From Planctomycetota bacterium (GTDB lineage Bacteria; Planctomycetota; PLA2; JAEUHO01), in NCBI GenBank assembly GCA_965222115.1, contig CBDCTJ010000007.1:1440001-1504000 (forward strand): a DNA stretch of 64,000 bases. The letters run 5' to 3'. This document shows positions 27,246 to 37,277 of this stretch, piece by piece. The notes under the pieces were generated by a model, which was given only the letters and a program-made list of their open reading frames with translations, made no database searches and was not told where the DNA came from. Each line of letters starts with the position of its first letter. Positions within the stretch are counted from its first letter, which is position 1. A program made the position numbers and the translations under genes.

Positions 27246-28298
27246 CTAAGAAGTTAGGTCGGAGGGGGGACGGGCTGGGTTGAGCGCGGAGCCCAGAAGA
27301 ATCATAGTTTTGGCCGCATTCCAGGCCGCCACGAGCGAGTCGTCGGTGGCTAGACCCTTACCCGCAATGTCGTGGGCGGTTCCGTGGTCCACCGATGTAC
27401 GCACAAAGGGCAGGCCGAGTGTGATATTGACCGCTGATCTACGCCCCAACGTCTTCACGGTGGGCAATCCCTGGTCGTGATACATCGTGAGGACTGCGTC
27501 GAATGCGCCGTGCGCAGCAGCAGGAATGCACGCGTCGGCCGGTAGGGGGCCCTCAGCGTCTATACCCAGCGCCCGTGCGGCATGCACGGCTGGCGCGATG
27601 ACGAGATCGTCTTCTTTGCCCAGCACTCCGCCTTCTCCGGCATGGGGGTTGAGTCCGCACACGGCGACCTTGGGCTCCCTGTCTGTGAGGAAGTACCGCT
27701 GAAGCTCACCTCGTAGCAGCGTGAGATCTCGAACGAGGCCGTCCGTTGTCAAGCGCGCGCCCACGCTCATGAGTGGCACATGGATTGTGGCCAAGACCAC
27801 GCGGAGCGATTCGCAGGCCAGCATCATGAGCACGTGCGGTGTGCCAGTCTTGTCTCGCAACACCTCCGTGTGTCCCGGTTGCGAAATGCCGGCGGCGTGC
27901 CAAGCCCCTTTGTGAATCGGCGCCGTGACGATGCCGCGCACAAGACCGTCCTGCGCCAAGTCGATGGCCGATTCCACCCACGAAAAACACGCTCGCCCTG
28001 CCGCAGCGTCGAGAGCACCCATCTCAAGTCCCGATTCGCATCGCTGAGATGGGGCCCACAACGCCGCGTACTCGTACGTCACCCCTTTGAGGTCATTCGA
28101 ACTCGATACGTGAACGATGACGCGGCGAACATCCTCATCCAGGCAGGTGGTATCGCCCACGATGAGTGGTGCGACGGGCGTCTCGGCGTCTTCCATCCAT
28201 CGACGGGAACGAATAAATCGGCTCACAATTTCTGGACCGATACCTGTGGGATCTCCCATGGTGATGGCCAAACGCATAGAGGTCGCCTGCGATGTCAT
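27246..28298 (-). CDS. pdxA: 4-hydroxythreonine-4-phosphate dehydrogenase
   Basis: ITMGDPTGIGPE, TAPIHK, PGHTE, GLNPHAGE, MYHDQGL and RTSVDHGTA motifs. Confidence 0.97.
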   Translation of the reverse strand: MTSQATSMRLAITMGDPTGIGPEIVSRFIRSRRWMEDAETPVAPLIVGDTTCLDEDVRRVIVHVSSSNDLKGVTYEYAALWAPSQRCESGLEMGALDAAAGRACFSWVESAIDLAQDGLVRGIVTAPIHKGAWHAAGISQPGHTEVLRDKTGTPHVLMMLACESLRVVLATIHVPLMSVGARLTTDGLVRDLTLLRGELQRYFLTDREPKVAVCGLNPHAGEGGVLGKEDDLVIAPAVHAARALGIDAEGPLPADACIPAAAHGAFDAVLTMYHDQGLPTVKTLGRRSAVNITLGLPFVRTSVDHGTAHDIAGKGLATDDSLVAAWNAAKTMILLGSALNPARPPSDLTS

Positions 28299-31087
28299 CG
28301 TCGAACACTCCGGCGATGGAGCGCTACGTCAAAGGGCAAGAGCGCGATCATGCTCAACACAAGCATCATCCATACCGGCTGCCGACGCGGTTTGCTGCTT
28401 CCAAGTAGGCCTTCAAGTGCCTCCGATGCGCTTTGGGGCGGTTGTCCAAAGAACTCCGCTAGTACGGCGGCGTTTCCCGTGCGCTCGGGCGCAGGAGGAT
28501 ACGTCTTTCGCCGGTAGTCAAGAGCGGGCATCGCGCTCACTGCGTCACTTGTCGCCTCGATTCGAGCCGTCTTGCCCGCTGCCAAACGAGGTAACGCAAT
28601 TCGCGTCGACGTTCGAGTCGCCTTAATGACGCCGAGCGGTTCGCGTTGTTCGCCGGGGCCCACCCACGTAAGCGTGAGTTCACCCAATGAAACGCCAGGC
28701 GGCCAGGCGACGTCGAGCGTGGACCCTTCGGGGTGTTGAATCACCCGCAACGTTGGGGCGCGGTCAAACGAACCCGCCGGTGCACGCGCGGCGCGAGCCA
28801 GTTGTTGTAAGAACACACCCAACTGCTTCCACGCCAGCGTTCCCGCGTCGTCACTGCGTACGTTCCACAGTAGGACCCGACCCAATCCTTCGCGGCGCGC
28901 CGACAGTGCTACGCGCTCACCGCTTTGCATCAATGCAATGCCGTCGCGCACGTCGCCGCTCTTGTAGGGACGCGAGACGGAAGGCAAGTCGGTGGGTTTG
29001 ATGCCGAGCAGGGCCTCGTGTCGCTGAATGATTTGAAGCGGTGCTCGTTGGGACGCGGGGTCCGGCGTCTCTTCGCGCGGCTCCTGTATCGGCTCCTTGC
29101 GAGGGAGGGGTTTTTCCGGCGGCGTTGGCGGCGGGTCCTTGGGCTGATTGCGCTCTTGCTCCGCATCGCGCATGCGCGCCATGGCCCTGGCTTCCTGCGA
29201 GCGACGATCGGCGAGTACGTTTGTGTCGCGCGTGAGAATGGTTGGAATCTCGGCAGCAGTACGTGCGGCAATCACGCTTCCTCCCGCTGCCCAGTGAACA
29301 ATTTCCCGAAGATCGCGCAGTCGCGCGCCGCGACCAATGCCGACCGCCGTGATCGTGACGCCGCGTGCGCCCAACGGTCGAACGACCGGGCTAAAAATTG
29401 GCGCGCCCACCGTTTGTGCACCGTCGGTCAAGAGAATGATGTGTTGGATGGGTGTTGCATTGTTTGGATCGGCAAGCAGTTCGCCGGCTTTGCGAAGTGC
29501 GCCAAAAATGTCGGTTGCGTCTCCGTCGGCTTGGAGCCCCGCAGCCCACAGGGAACGTCCGCCACGCGAACTCAAACGCCGGGGCCGAAGATCGACACGC
29601 GCCTTGCGCGCGAACGTGATCACACCAAGTCGATCCCACGACGAGAGCGCCGCAGCCGTTCGTCGCGCCCCTTCCAACGCCATAGAGAACTTCTCGCCGT
29701 CCATACTCCCACTGCGATCGATCAGCAAGAGCACAGTGATCGGTCGCGCTTCCTCAGGTTGACGTTCGGCGCGCAGCCCGGGGCCTTTGTCGGGGTTGGG
29801 CTGTTCTAGCGGACGCGACGGTTCCGGTGGTGTTGGCGGTGGCGGCGGTGGTTTGGGGGGCGGCGGCGGTTCCGGTAGGGGTCTGCGCGGCAGAAGTGAG
29901 GCGGCGGGTGCTTTGCTCAATCGATCCCACGCGTCTTGATCGCTGCCCGCTTCCACGACCAGTCCAAGTCCTTGCTCAAGGGCGGCCTGCAACTGCTTGG
30001 TTTCCTTGGCGGACAACGTAGATAGCGCAGTTGCATCGGCCAACAATAGGGGTCGCGTCGCATGGCGCGGCAACGTGCGCGGATCCAATTGAACCAATTG
30101 AGCAGGCGTCATTACGTTGAACGCCGTGTTGTAAGCACGCCAGGCGCGCACGAAGGGACTTGCTTGCGGACGAGCATGCATGACGAATGTGGTTGGGCGA
30201 CCCTCGACATGGACCCGACGCTCACGCGCGTCACTGGGTCCGTCGTCGTTACCAACGACGCGCAGTGTGAGGCTGTGCAGCCCTGGCGGCAGTGACACAT
30301 TGCCAAAGTTGAGTTCATGTCCGTTGCTAGACGGCGGTACGGGGAGGCGCTTGAATTCGACACCGTCAATCGTCAACACCGCTTGCGCAGGCGTCGAAGT
30401 CGTTGCCACCGTACGGATGGCGAAGGGGCCCGCCACACGTTCGGGCACGTCGAACAAGTCAATTGCGACGTGAGTCGTTGACGCGTGTTCTACATGCATG
30501 GGCAACGCAACAGCAGTGACGTCTATATTCCTTTGGGCGAGCTGCGAAAGCTCTTCGCGCACGCCCTGTGTGTCGCTGCGACCCGATGCGAGTACGACAA
30601 CCCGCCCCGACGTATGATCCGGAAATGCAATGCGTGCTGCGCTGAGGCCTGCGCGCAATCGACTGGTAGGCCTCTTATCGGCGCTGGACGCCTTGTCCAA
30701 GGGCTTCTCAATTCCTTGCACGGCACGGACTTCGTCGTCATAGAGCACAAGTTGCGTGGGCGTCGCTCGGCGCTCCGCTTCCAAACGAAGGCGTTTCAAC
30801 CACGCACGCGCCTCCGCATTGCCGTTTGCGCCCCGAAGCACCGACTGATCGAGCGCCACAACGAGTTGGGGCATGGTTTGCGTTCGCCGTTCCATATAGG
30901 GGCCGGCCAATGCAGCGAGCCCGAGACCGAGAAGCGCCGTGCGCGAGAGGGTTCGCGCCGTGCGTCGCATGCGCGTTCCAGGCAAGCGCCACTCCATCCA
31001 TGCGACAACGATCAGGGCCGCGGGGATGAGCGCCAAAAGCCACGGCGTTTCAAACGCCACGCCCAAGCGTGCTGGGAGCGTCGCCAC
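28295..31087 (-). CDS. Membrane protein with von Willebrand factor A domains
   Basis: BatA-like N-terminus (FETPWLLAL), MIDAS motif LLIDRSGSM...T...LLTDG, Pro-rich linkers and a C-terminal TM segment. Confidence 0.85.
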   Translation of the reverse strand: MATLPARLGVAFETPWLLALIPAALIVVAWMEWRLPGTRMRRTARTLSRTALLGLGLAALAGPYMERRTQTMPQLVVALDQSVLRGANGNAEARAWLKRLRLEAERRATPTQLVLYDDEVRAVQGIEKPLDKASSADKRPTSRLRAGLSAARIAFPDHTSGRVVVLASGRSDTQGVREELSQLAQRNIDVTAVALPMHVEHASTTHVAIDLFDVPERVAGPFAIRTVATTSTPAQAVLTIDGVEFKRLPVPPSSNGHELNFGNVSLPPGLHSLTLRVVGNDDGPSDARERRVHVEGRPTTFVMHARPQASPFVRAWRAYNTAFNVMTPAQLVQLDPRTLPRHATRPLLLADATALSTLSAKETKQLQAALEQGLGLVVEAGSDQDAWDRLSKAPAASLLPRRPLPEPPPPPKPPPPPPTPPEPSRPLEQPNPDKGPGLRAERQPEEARPITVLLLIDRSGSMDGEKFSMALEGARRTAAALSSWDRLGVITFARKARVDLRPRRLSSRGGRSLWAAGLQADGDATDIFGALRKAGELLADPNNATPIQHIILLTDGAQTVGAPIFSPVVRPLGARGVTITAVGIGRGARLRDLREIVHWAAGGSVIAARTAAEIPTILTRDTNVLADRRSQEARAMARMRDAEQERNQPKDPPPTPPEKPLPRKEPIQEPREETPDPASQRAPLQIIQRHEALLGIKPTDLPSVSRPYKSGDVRDGIALMQSGERVALSARREGLGRVLLWNVRSDDAGTLAWKQLGVFLQQLARAARAPAGSFDRAPTLRVIQHPEGSTLDVAWPPGVSLGELTLTWVGPGEQREPLGVIKATRTSTRIALPRLAAGKTARIEATSDAVSAMPALDYRRKTYPPAPERTGNAAVLAEFFGQPPQSASEALEGLLGSSKPRRQPVWMMLVLSMIALLPFDVALHRRSVRR

Positions 31088-31138
31088 ATCAAGGCCTGAC
31101 TGTGAAGGTGGGGAAGGGCCTCATCGTTGTGTCATTAC

Positions 31139-32464
31139 CTATTTTGATTCGCGAATCAACACACCCTGTACCCAATTCGCCCGATCGCGCACAAAGTGTT
31201 TGTCGGCGCCTGTACCAACTTCCAGTACCAACTCCTTGACACCCTTGAGGGGGATGGCACCTGTTGTCTTCATCGTCTCACCACCGCGAACGCCGCGCGC
31301 TTCCCACAGGACCTTGCCGTCGCCAATGATCTTGGCATCGACGTTCCCGGTTTCTGTTGTGTCGCCGGGTAAGTCGAGTACCTCGTCATCAATGCCGAAG
31401 CCAATCGTGAGTGCGCTGTACTTGCCGCCCAAGTCGAACCGCACCTCGCTATGGCTATGCACCGCAATGCCGCGACGAAACGTGCGGCCACCCATGCGTA
31501 GCGGACAACCACTTGGCCGTCGTCCCACCCGCGCGCCACGAAGCCGCTCCAGTTCCTTGGCCAAGCCAAGTTCGGGCGGATCTTCGTAATACGGCTTGAG
31601 CGTGCTCGAAAAGGGCAATGAGCTGAGGTAGGTAAATCCAGGATGGTGCATCCACAGCGCAACGATGGCAGCGCGTGGAATTCGAAATGTCTTGTCTTTG
31701 AGCGAACGCGTCTTAGCGGACAGGTCTGCCGCGCCCGACCACGACAACGCGCCGTCGATTACGAGTCGCGTGCCGTCACGCAACTCAAGTTCCGTCCATA
31801 GTGCACGTGCGTCCACGGGCTTGGATTCGTTCTCGATGTGCACGGCGCGAATCTTGTCCCAGGCAATGGTGCGACTGACTTCGCGATCGTTCTCAATCGC
31901 GAGTCCCTTGCCGGTCGCTTCATCGAGCGTGCCGGTCATCGCGTCGTGAGCGATGCTGTAGATGACGTCGGCACCTTTGCGCGGCGGGCAGCCGCGTAGC
32001 GGGTCATAACACGTTCCGGCGTTCGCGGGAATGAAGAAGATCGACTTGATGTCTTCAAACGATAGATCTACTGCGCCGAGCGCTCGGGTGGTAAGTCGAA
32101 CACCGTCTTCAGCCGGCGCGACCGCGGTACCAACCAGGGTCTCTCCCGCAACCAGTGCGACGCGAATGTGCTTGCCCTCAGGTGAGGTGATGGAGCGCTT
32201 CGTGAAGCGAAGTCCCAGCAATGCATCGGGCTTGACGGTGGAGGGTGCCCGGGACGCATTGCCACTCCGCACGGTGAGCGCACCTTCCGCCAAGCCACCA
32301 AAGATGCCCTTTACCGCGGGTTGGCCCACGCGGTCCACCTGGATGGGATGGGCGCCGATGGCATCCGGTTCAGGCCACGCCGGTCGTACGGGGCTCACGA
32401 GGGGGAGCACGAGTACGACCGCCGCCAAGAGCGAAATTCTCAATAAGGATGTGGGGATTCGCAT
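31139..32464 (-). CDS. Exported protein with a C-terminal NPCBM/NEW2 carbohydrate-binding domain
   Basis: Signal peptide; GIAVHSHSEVRFDLGGKY..FGIDD...GDGKVLW...LVLEV...DRANW is the NPCBM pattern. Confidence 0.85.
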   Translation of the reverse strand: MRIPTSLLRISLLAAVVLVLPLVSPVRPAWPEPDAIGAHPIQVDRVGQPAVKGIFGGLAEGALTVRSGNASRAPSTVKPDALLGLRFTKRSITSPEGKHIRVALVAGETLVGTAVAPAEDGVRLTTRALGAVDLSFEDIKSIFFIPANAGTCYDPLRGCPPRKGADVIYSIAHDAMTGTLDEATGKGLAIENDREVSRTIAWDKIRAVHIENESKPVDARALWTELELRDGTRLVIDGALSWSGAADLSAKTRSLKDKTFRIPRAAIVALWMHHPGFTYLSSLPFSSTLKPYYEDPPELGLAKELERLRGARVGRRPSGCPLRMGGRTFRRGIAVHSHSEVRFDLGGKYSALTIGFGIDDEVLDLPGDTTETGNVDAKIIGDGKVLWEARGVRGGETMKTTGAIPLKGVKELVLEVGTGADKHFVRDRANWVQGVLIRESK

Positions 32465-32734
32465 AGCGCCATGATCGAGACGTGGGCACCCTCCGTCAAC
32501 GGGCGAATCGTTTGCGTTGCGTGGTACGGGGTGGGCGGCGGCTTGTTTCCGTCCTGAGTCGGAGTAGCTTGTTGACCGCGCCGCGGCGTCCCGCTGCGCC
32601 CGTTTCGGCCAGGTTTCTGGCCATGAGGTTCCAATGTCCGAGTGGTCTTGTCAGGGGAGGCGATGCGTCAGCGACATGAAGCAGCAGCGAACCTCCGTCG
32701 GATGCCCTAGGTTTGCTGGCCCGAGTTATCCGGC

Positions 32735-32802
32735 ATGTGGGCACGTTGGATGTGGGCAACCCGGATGTTGGCAACCCGGATGTTGGCAACCTGGATGTGG
32801 GC
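32735..32802 (+). repeat. 15-bp tandem repeat, about 4.5 copies, intergenic
   Basis: atgtgggcacgttgg / atgtgggcaacccgg / atgttggcaacccgg / atgttggcaacctgg / atgtgggc. Confidence 0.9.
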
Positions 32803-32833
32803 TCCTGGGCAGAGAGTCGCGTGCGGAGCGGGT

Positions 32834-33688
32834 ATGAGTGGCTTGTCAGGCGACGGCACCCCCTATCAGCTCCTGTGGTTTGGCCGCACGTCGGTCGGCT
32901 GCAAGCGGCGCAACAATGAAGACGCCCTTGTGGGCCTCGCATTGCAGGAACCGCTGGCTGATTTCGATTCCGAGGGCGCCGCGCAATCCAAGACCGAGGG
33001 CAGCGCTTCGTTGAGCACCGACAGCGCCCTATTGGCCGTTGCCGATGGAATGGGCGGTGCCAAGGCCGGCGAAGTGGCGAGTCAAATGGCCGTTCGAATC
33101 GTTGCCGGTGGCATACACGAGGCCGCCGGTAAGCACTCGATTGACAACTCCGACGAGGCCATGTCGCACTTTGATAAGACCGTCAAGGACGCCAATGACG
33201 CGATTCGCAAGGACGGCCGTGCCAATCCGTCGAGGCGGGGCATGGGCACGACACTTACTGCTGCGTGGTTGCATGGCGATTGGGTTCAGATTGCCCAGGT
33301 CGGCGACAGTCGTGCGTATCGCTTTCGAGGGGGCGACCTCAAGGCGCTGACGAAAGATCAAAGCCTGGTCGCCAAATTGCTCGAAGACGAGATCATCACG
33401 GAAGCGGAAGCCGAGAATATGTCGGGCCGCAACATCATTTTGCAGGCACTTGGCAGCGAGGATGAACTCGACGTCGTACCCTCCACATTTGACGTCCAGG
33501 ATCGCGATTTGCTCTTGCTGTGTACTGATGGATTGACCACGGTGCTCCGCGACGAGGAAGTCGTGACGATCCTCAAGATGGGTGGCTCGCTCCAGGATCT
33601 CTGTGACGAACTCATCCGTCAGGCCGAGGCGGGCGGCGGCCCCGACAACATCACCGTGATTTTGGCCCGCATTCAGAAGACCGGTTAA
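32834..33688 (+). CDS. PP2C/PPM family Ser/Thr protein phosphatase
   Basis: RRNNED, VADGMGG, GMGTT, VGDSRAY, LCTDGL and GGPDNITV motifs; ggag RBS before ATG 32834. Confidence 0.95.
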   Translation: MSGLSGDGTPYQLLWFGRTSVGCKRRNNEDALVGLALQEPLADFDSEGAAQSKTEGSASLSTDSALLAVADGMGGAKAGEVASQMAVRIVAGGIHEAAGKHSIDNSDEAMSHFDKTVKDANDAIRKDGRANPSRRGMGTTLTAAWLHGDWVQIAQVGDSRAYRFRGGDLKALTKDQSLVAKLLEDEIITEAEAENMSGRNIILQALGSEDELDVVPSTFDVQDRDLLLLCTDGLTTVLRDEEVVTILKMGGSLQDLCDELIRQAEAGGGPDNITVILARIQKTG

Positions 33689-33957
33689 TTCGCGATTCAA
33701 GAGGCGCCGATAGAGGAAACGCCGGACTCTTGCTCGCTTTTTGCCGAACACCTATGCTCGGGATTCGTAAGAATGGAGCAGTGCGTCGTCGTTCGCTTGC
33801 GGCGTGACTGCCCTGTGGTGGGACGATCGGTGCCCTGACGGCGCATGGCCGGCAAAGCCTGGCCTCCGCCCGTCCCCGCCGAGAGGCGAAGAGGAACAAC
33901 GATTCGACCAATTTTCCGGCGCGTGGCAGCTCTCTGAGGAGATTCTGAAACCGCCGT

Positions 33958-33986
33958 GGAACTTCGGGAGGTGCCAGCGGGTCTAA
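33958..33986 (+). promoter_or_regulatory. ECF (sigmaE/AlgU-type) autoregulatory promoter
   Basis: GGAACTT-N16-GTCTAA directly before the ECF gene. Confidence 0.75.
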
Positions 33987-33988
33987 AC

Positions 33989-34648
33989 GTGGCAGATACC
34001 AACCAGATCCAGGATTCGGGTTCACCCGCCTTGGGCGCGGGAGGCGACGCCGACCCAGACCGCGATGCGTTGCAAGCGATTCGCGCGGGCCGGGAAGATG
34101 CCTTCAGCCTCCTCGTCAGCCGTCACCAAGACCGCGTCTATGCCCTGTGTATGCGCATCTTGAACCGGCGTGAGGACGCGGCCGATGCGGCGCAAGAGAC
34201 GTTTGTCAAAGCGTGGCGTGCGGTGGGCTCGTTTCACGGAGATTGTCGATTTTCCACATGGCTTACCCGCATCGCCATCAACCAGTGCCGCAACGAGTTG
34301 CGCAAGCGCAAGACCGTGAAACATACCCAACCCGAATCCCTATCGCAGCCCGTGGGCGACAGCGACACACCGCGCGCATCGCTGGTGGCCGATCCTCATC
34401 AGTCCTCGTCAGTCGAACGCATGGTGAGCGACGAAGTGAAGCGTGCGTACACGCGCGTATTGGAGCAACTCGAACCCGAGGCGCGCGAAGTGTTGATTCT
34501 CAAGGAAGTCGAGTCCCTGTCGTACGAAGGCATGGCGGAGATCTTGGAAGTGCCCATCGGCACGGTGCGCAGCCGGTTGCATCGTGCGCGTCACGCCGTG
34601 CGCGTAGGCATGCAGAGCCTTGTGGGGCCGCTATGGCTGGGCAGTTGA
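33989..34648 (+). CDS. ECF-family RNA polymerase sigma factor (RpoE/SigW-like)
   Basis: DAADAAQETFVKAWR..FHGDCRFSTWLTRIAIN and SYEGMAEILEVPIGTVRSRLHRAR. Start uncertain (GTG 33989 or TTG 34031). Confidence 0.95.
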   Translation: MADTNQIQDSGSPALGAGGDADPDRDALQAIRAGREDAFSLLVSRHQDRVYALCMRILNRREDAADAAQETFVKAWRAVGSFHGDCRFSTWLTRIAINQCRNELRKRKTVKHTQPESLSQPVGDSDTPRASLVADPHQSSSVERMVSDEVKRAYTRVLEQLEPEAREVLILKEVESLSYEGMAEILEVPIGTVRSRLHRARHAVRVGMQSLVGPLWLGS

Positions 34649-34655
34649 CGAAGCT

Positions 34656-34685
34656 GATGGCGACGAGTTTGATGCCGACGAGTTT
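34656..34685 (+). repeat. 15-bp tandem duplication between the sigma and anti-sigma genes
   Basis: gatggcgacgagttt / gatgccgacgagttt. Confidence 0.85.
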
Positions 34686-34745
34686 GTTCCCGAGCCGTGC
34701 GTTGCTTCAATTGGCTTACGCGTCATTTGCGTGGAGGCGTTCATC

Positions 34746-37031
34746 GTGAGCGATTCTCCCTATGCACCGGTTCCTCCGGGAGGTGAACGAAACGCAAAGG
34801 ACGGCATGACGTCCGGTAGGCGCCCCCCCGTCGATGGCGACGAAGCCTTGCTCAACGAAATGCTCGACGGTCGTCTTGACGATGCAAGCGTACAACTAGT
34901 AAAGGCGCGTCTTGAACAGGAGCCTGCGCTTGCGTCCCTTTGGCGTGAACTCACGCGCGTTTCCGACGTCACGCGTCGCATGGCACCCACAGGCACCGAT
35001 CTCGACGCACCTGTGAATTTCGCAGATGGTGTGCGTGCACGGATTGCCAGTGAACCTGCGCGCAGCACAGCGCCTGCTACAACAATGAGTCAGGCCTCAT
35101 CAACCTCCGGCGTGCGTTCAGGGGATGGGCAATTCGCAACTGATCAAGCGGCGTCCGATCAAGTCCGGCAACCGCAATCGAATCAGCCTAAGTCTAATCA
35201 AACCACCTCCAAGCAACAGCAACCACGGGCGCTACGATTCCTTACGCTTGCCTATGTGGCGGCGGCCCTGCTCATGGTGGGGTGGACACTACATTGGGCA
35301 TTTATCGCCAATGACGGCGACAACAATCAAAGTCGCCAAGTGGCTGATTCAAGCCGTGTAGCCGAATCAATTCAGGCGGACGAGACGTCCAATCCGGAAG
35401 CCATGAAGGCCAGCGGAACCCCAAAGGCTTCCAAGGGCATGAAGGACTCCGAAGGATTGAACGCGCGTCGCTCAGAAATGGATTTAGGCGATACGGCGTC
35501 CAGCGATTCCAAGTCAGGGCCTGCGGAACTTCGCAAGTCCAAAAAGGAGCGCCTCCATCACGAGGATTTTGAAGATGCGTTTGCCGATCCCGCAGACGCG
35601 AAAGCGAGTTATGAGAGTGCGAAGCCCAGTCGAAGCGGTGAAGATGGCGTCGCCGCCAGCCCTGTTCCTAGAACGGGCGCATCCGGTATGGGCGGCGTGG
35701 GTGCGGGCGTAAAGAAACTCGAAGGCCTTGATCAGTTGGAAAGCAAAGACGGTAGGCCCCGACGTCGTATGCTTGCGAGGGCAGAGGAACAGCCCGCACC
35801 CGGTGCCTCGTCGAGTGCACCCGATGCACCCAAGTCCGATTCGGTCGCAACGCTGGATGATGTTCAAAACGAGATCGAAGCTCGCGCGAAGCGAACGATG
35901 GCGAGCGCTGATAAGGGGCAACCACGGCCCGCGGGTTCACCAACCGAGTCCTCTTCGGGCACCGGCGCGGCGACGGGTTCAGCTACAGGCGCACCTGCCG
36001 CGACGGTAGATACAGAGTCGTCGTCCAAAGACACCAAATCCGCGGGTGCCAACTCGGAGAGTTACGGTTCCGAACGGGCCGGTCGAGTGCGCCGAGGCGA
36101 TGGAGGGTTGGAACGTCCGTCCGATGCACGTGATGAGGCGGATGACACGCCGTCAAACCGTCCAGCGCATGGCGCGGGTCGCGCGCGACGGAAACGAGCC
36201 GCGCGCGATCAAGGCGCGGGCGATAAAGGTCGCGAGGCGCCGCCTCCAGCTGTAGATGCACCATTCGCGCCCGCGGCGCCAAAGATTCCAGCGCCCAGGG
36301 CCGACGCGCCACCGGCAAAGAGTGCGCCGAATCAAGATCCATCAGTATTGGCACCTGCCACCGAGGCAGGCGCAGCACCCCCAAGAGCAGCGAGTAAGTC
36401 CAAGAAGGGCGGCGCATCGCTTCCTAAGGGTGCCGCACAACCCCAAGCGCGCGCGAGTAGTGGCTTTGCCAATACAAGGGCACCCGACACGGTTCACGTA
36501 TTTCTGTTGGAGGTAGACGATGTGCGCGCGGCACGCGCTGCGTTGCTCGCAATGAACGCGCTTGCGATGAAGAAGGCCGAACTGGAGCGCTTAGGGCGAG
36601 ACCGAGTGATTGCTGGGAATCCGTCTGTCGTTCCACCCGCCGCGGTGCCTTCGACGCCTGCGCCTCGCATTCGGCGTGGCGTATCGCTTGGTGATGTCGA
36701 TGTGAGCCCGCTGCGCGAAGCACCCTCTTCGACGGAACCTGTGCGTCGTGCGGCGCCCGCCTCCTCATGGAAACGTCGTGAGCGCCGCACGCTAAACCTT
36801 GACCTAGCGCCGCAAGCGCTGGCCACATTGAAGGCGGCCACACATACCGAGCGGGAACTGCCCGAGTTCGCACGTACGGCACGTGGAATGGTCCTGGAGC
36901 GCCGCATCAAAGACGCGCGTTTTGCTCGACGGACCAGCAAGAGCAAGGCCGCGTCTCCATCTCGAGCGCCGGGCGCGAATCGCGGCGGCGGTGTCTCGGT
37001 CCGCATCATCTTGGTTGGCCCCGAACCCTAG
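34746..37031 (+). CDS. Putative anti-sigma factor with a long low-complexity extracytoplasmic region
   Basis: ggagg RBS plus GTG 34746. Anti-sigma-domain-like LLNEMLDGRLDD..VKARLE..P. One TM segment (FLTLAYVAAALLMVGWTLHWAFI), then an A/S/P/R/G-rich region. Confidence 0.75.
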   Translation: MSDSPYAPVPPGGERNAKDGMTSGRRPPVDGDEALLNEMLDGRLDDASVQLVKARLEQEPALASLWRELTRVSDVTRRMAPTGTDLDAPVNFADGVRARIASEPARSTAPATTMSQASSTSGVRSGDGQFATDQAASDQVRQPQSNQPKSNQTTSKQQQPRALRFLTLAYVAAALLMVGWTLHWAFIANDGDNNQSRQVADSSRVAESIQADETSNPEAMKASGTPKASKGMKDSEGLNARRSEMDLGDTASSDSKSGPAELRKSKKERLHHEDFEDAFADPADAKASYESAKPSRSGEDGVAASPVPRTGASGMGGVGAGVKKLEGLDQLESKDGRPRRRMLARAEEQPAPGASSSAPDAPKSDSVATLDDVQNEIEARAKRTMASADKGQPRPAGSPTESSSGTGAATGSATGAPAATVDTESSSKDTKSAGANSESYGSERAGRVRRGDGGLERPSDARDEADDTPSNRPAHGAGRARRKRAARDQGAGDKGREAPPPAVDAPFAPAAPKIPAPRADAPPAKSAPNQDPSVLAPATEAGAAPPRAASKSKKGGASLPKGAAQPQARASSGFANTRAPDTVHVFLLEVDDVRAARAALLAMNALAMKKAELERLGRDRVIAGNPSVVPPAAVPSTPAPRIRRGVSLGDVDVSPLREAPSSTEPVRRAAPASSWKRRERRTLNLDLAPQALATLKAATHTERELPEFARTARGMVLERRIKDARFARRTSKSKAASPSRAPGANRGGGVSVRIILVGPEP

Positions 37032-37277
37032 GCTCTGTCTGAAAACTCCTCTACTACGCAATCCGATCCTCTCGCTGCGAGTCGCGTCCCTTCGAAATTG
37101 CCGTCCTCGACGTGAACAGACCACGCCTGCGGGCCAATTTCTTGGTCCACCGATTCTCGCATCGGTCTCCCGCGTTTATTGAAGAGACACGGGCTCGTCA
37201 CGAGGCTTTTCAGACAGAGCCTAATAGCTCGCATCGAGTTGTGTGGATTGCGCCCTATGGGCGGCTAAGTTGGCAAC

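Noticed and set aside
32735-32802. Tandem repeat considered as a CRISPR array
   Set aside because: The 15-bp units are contiguous with no unique spacers, and there are no cas genes.
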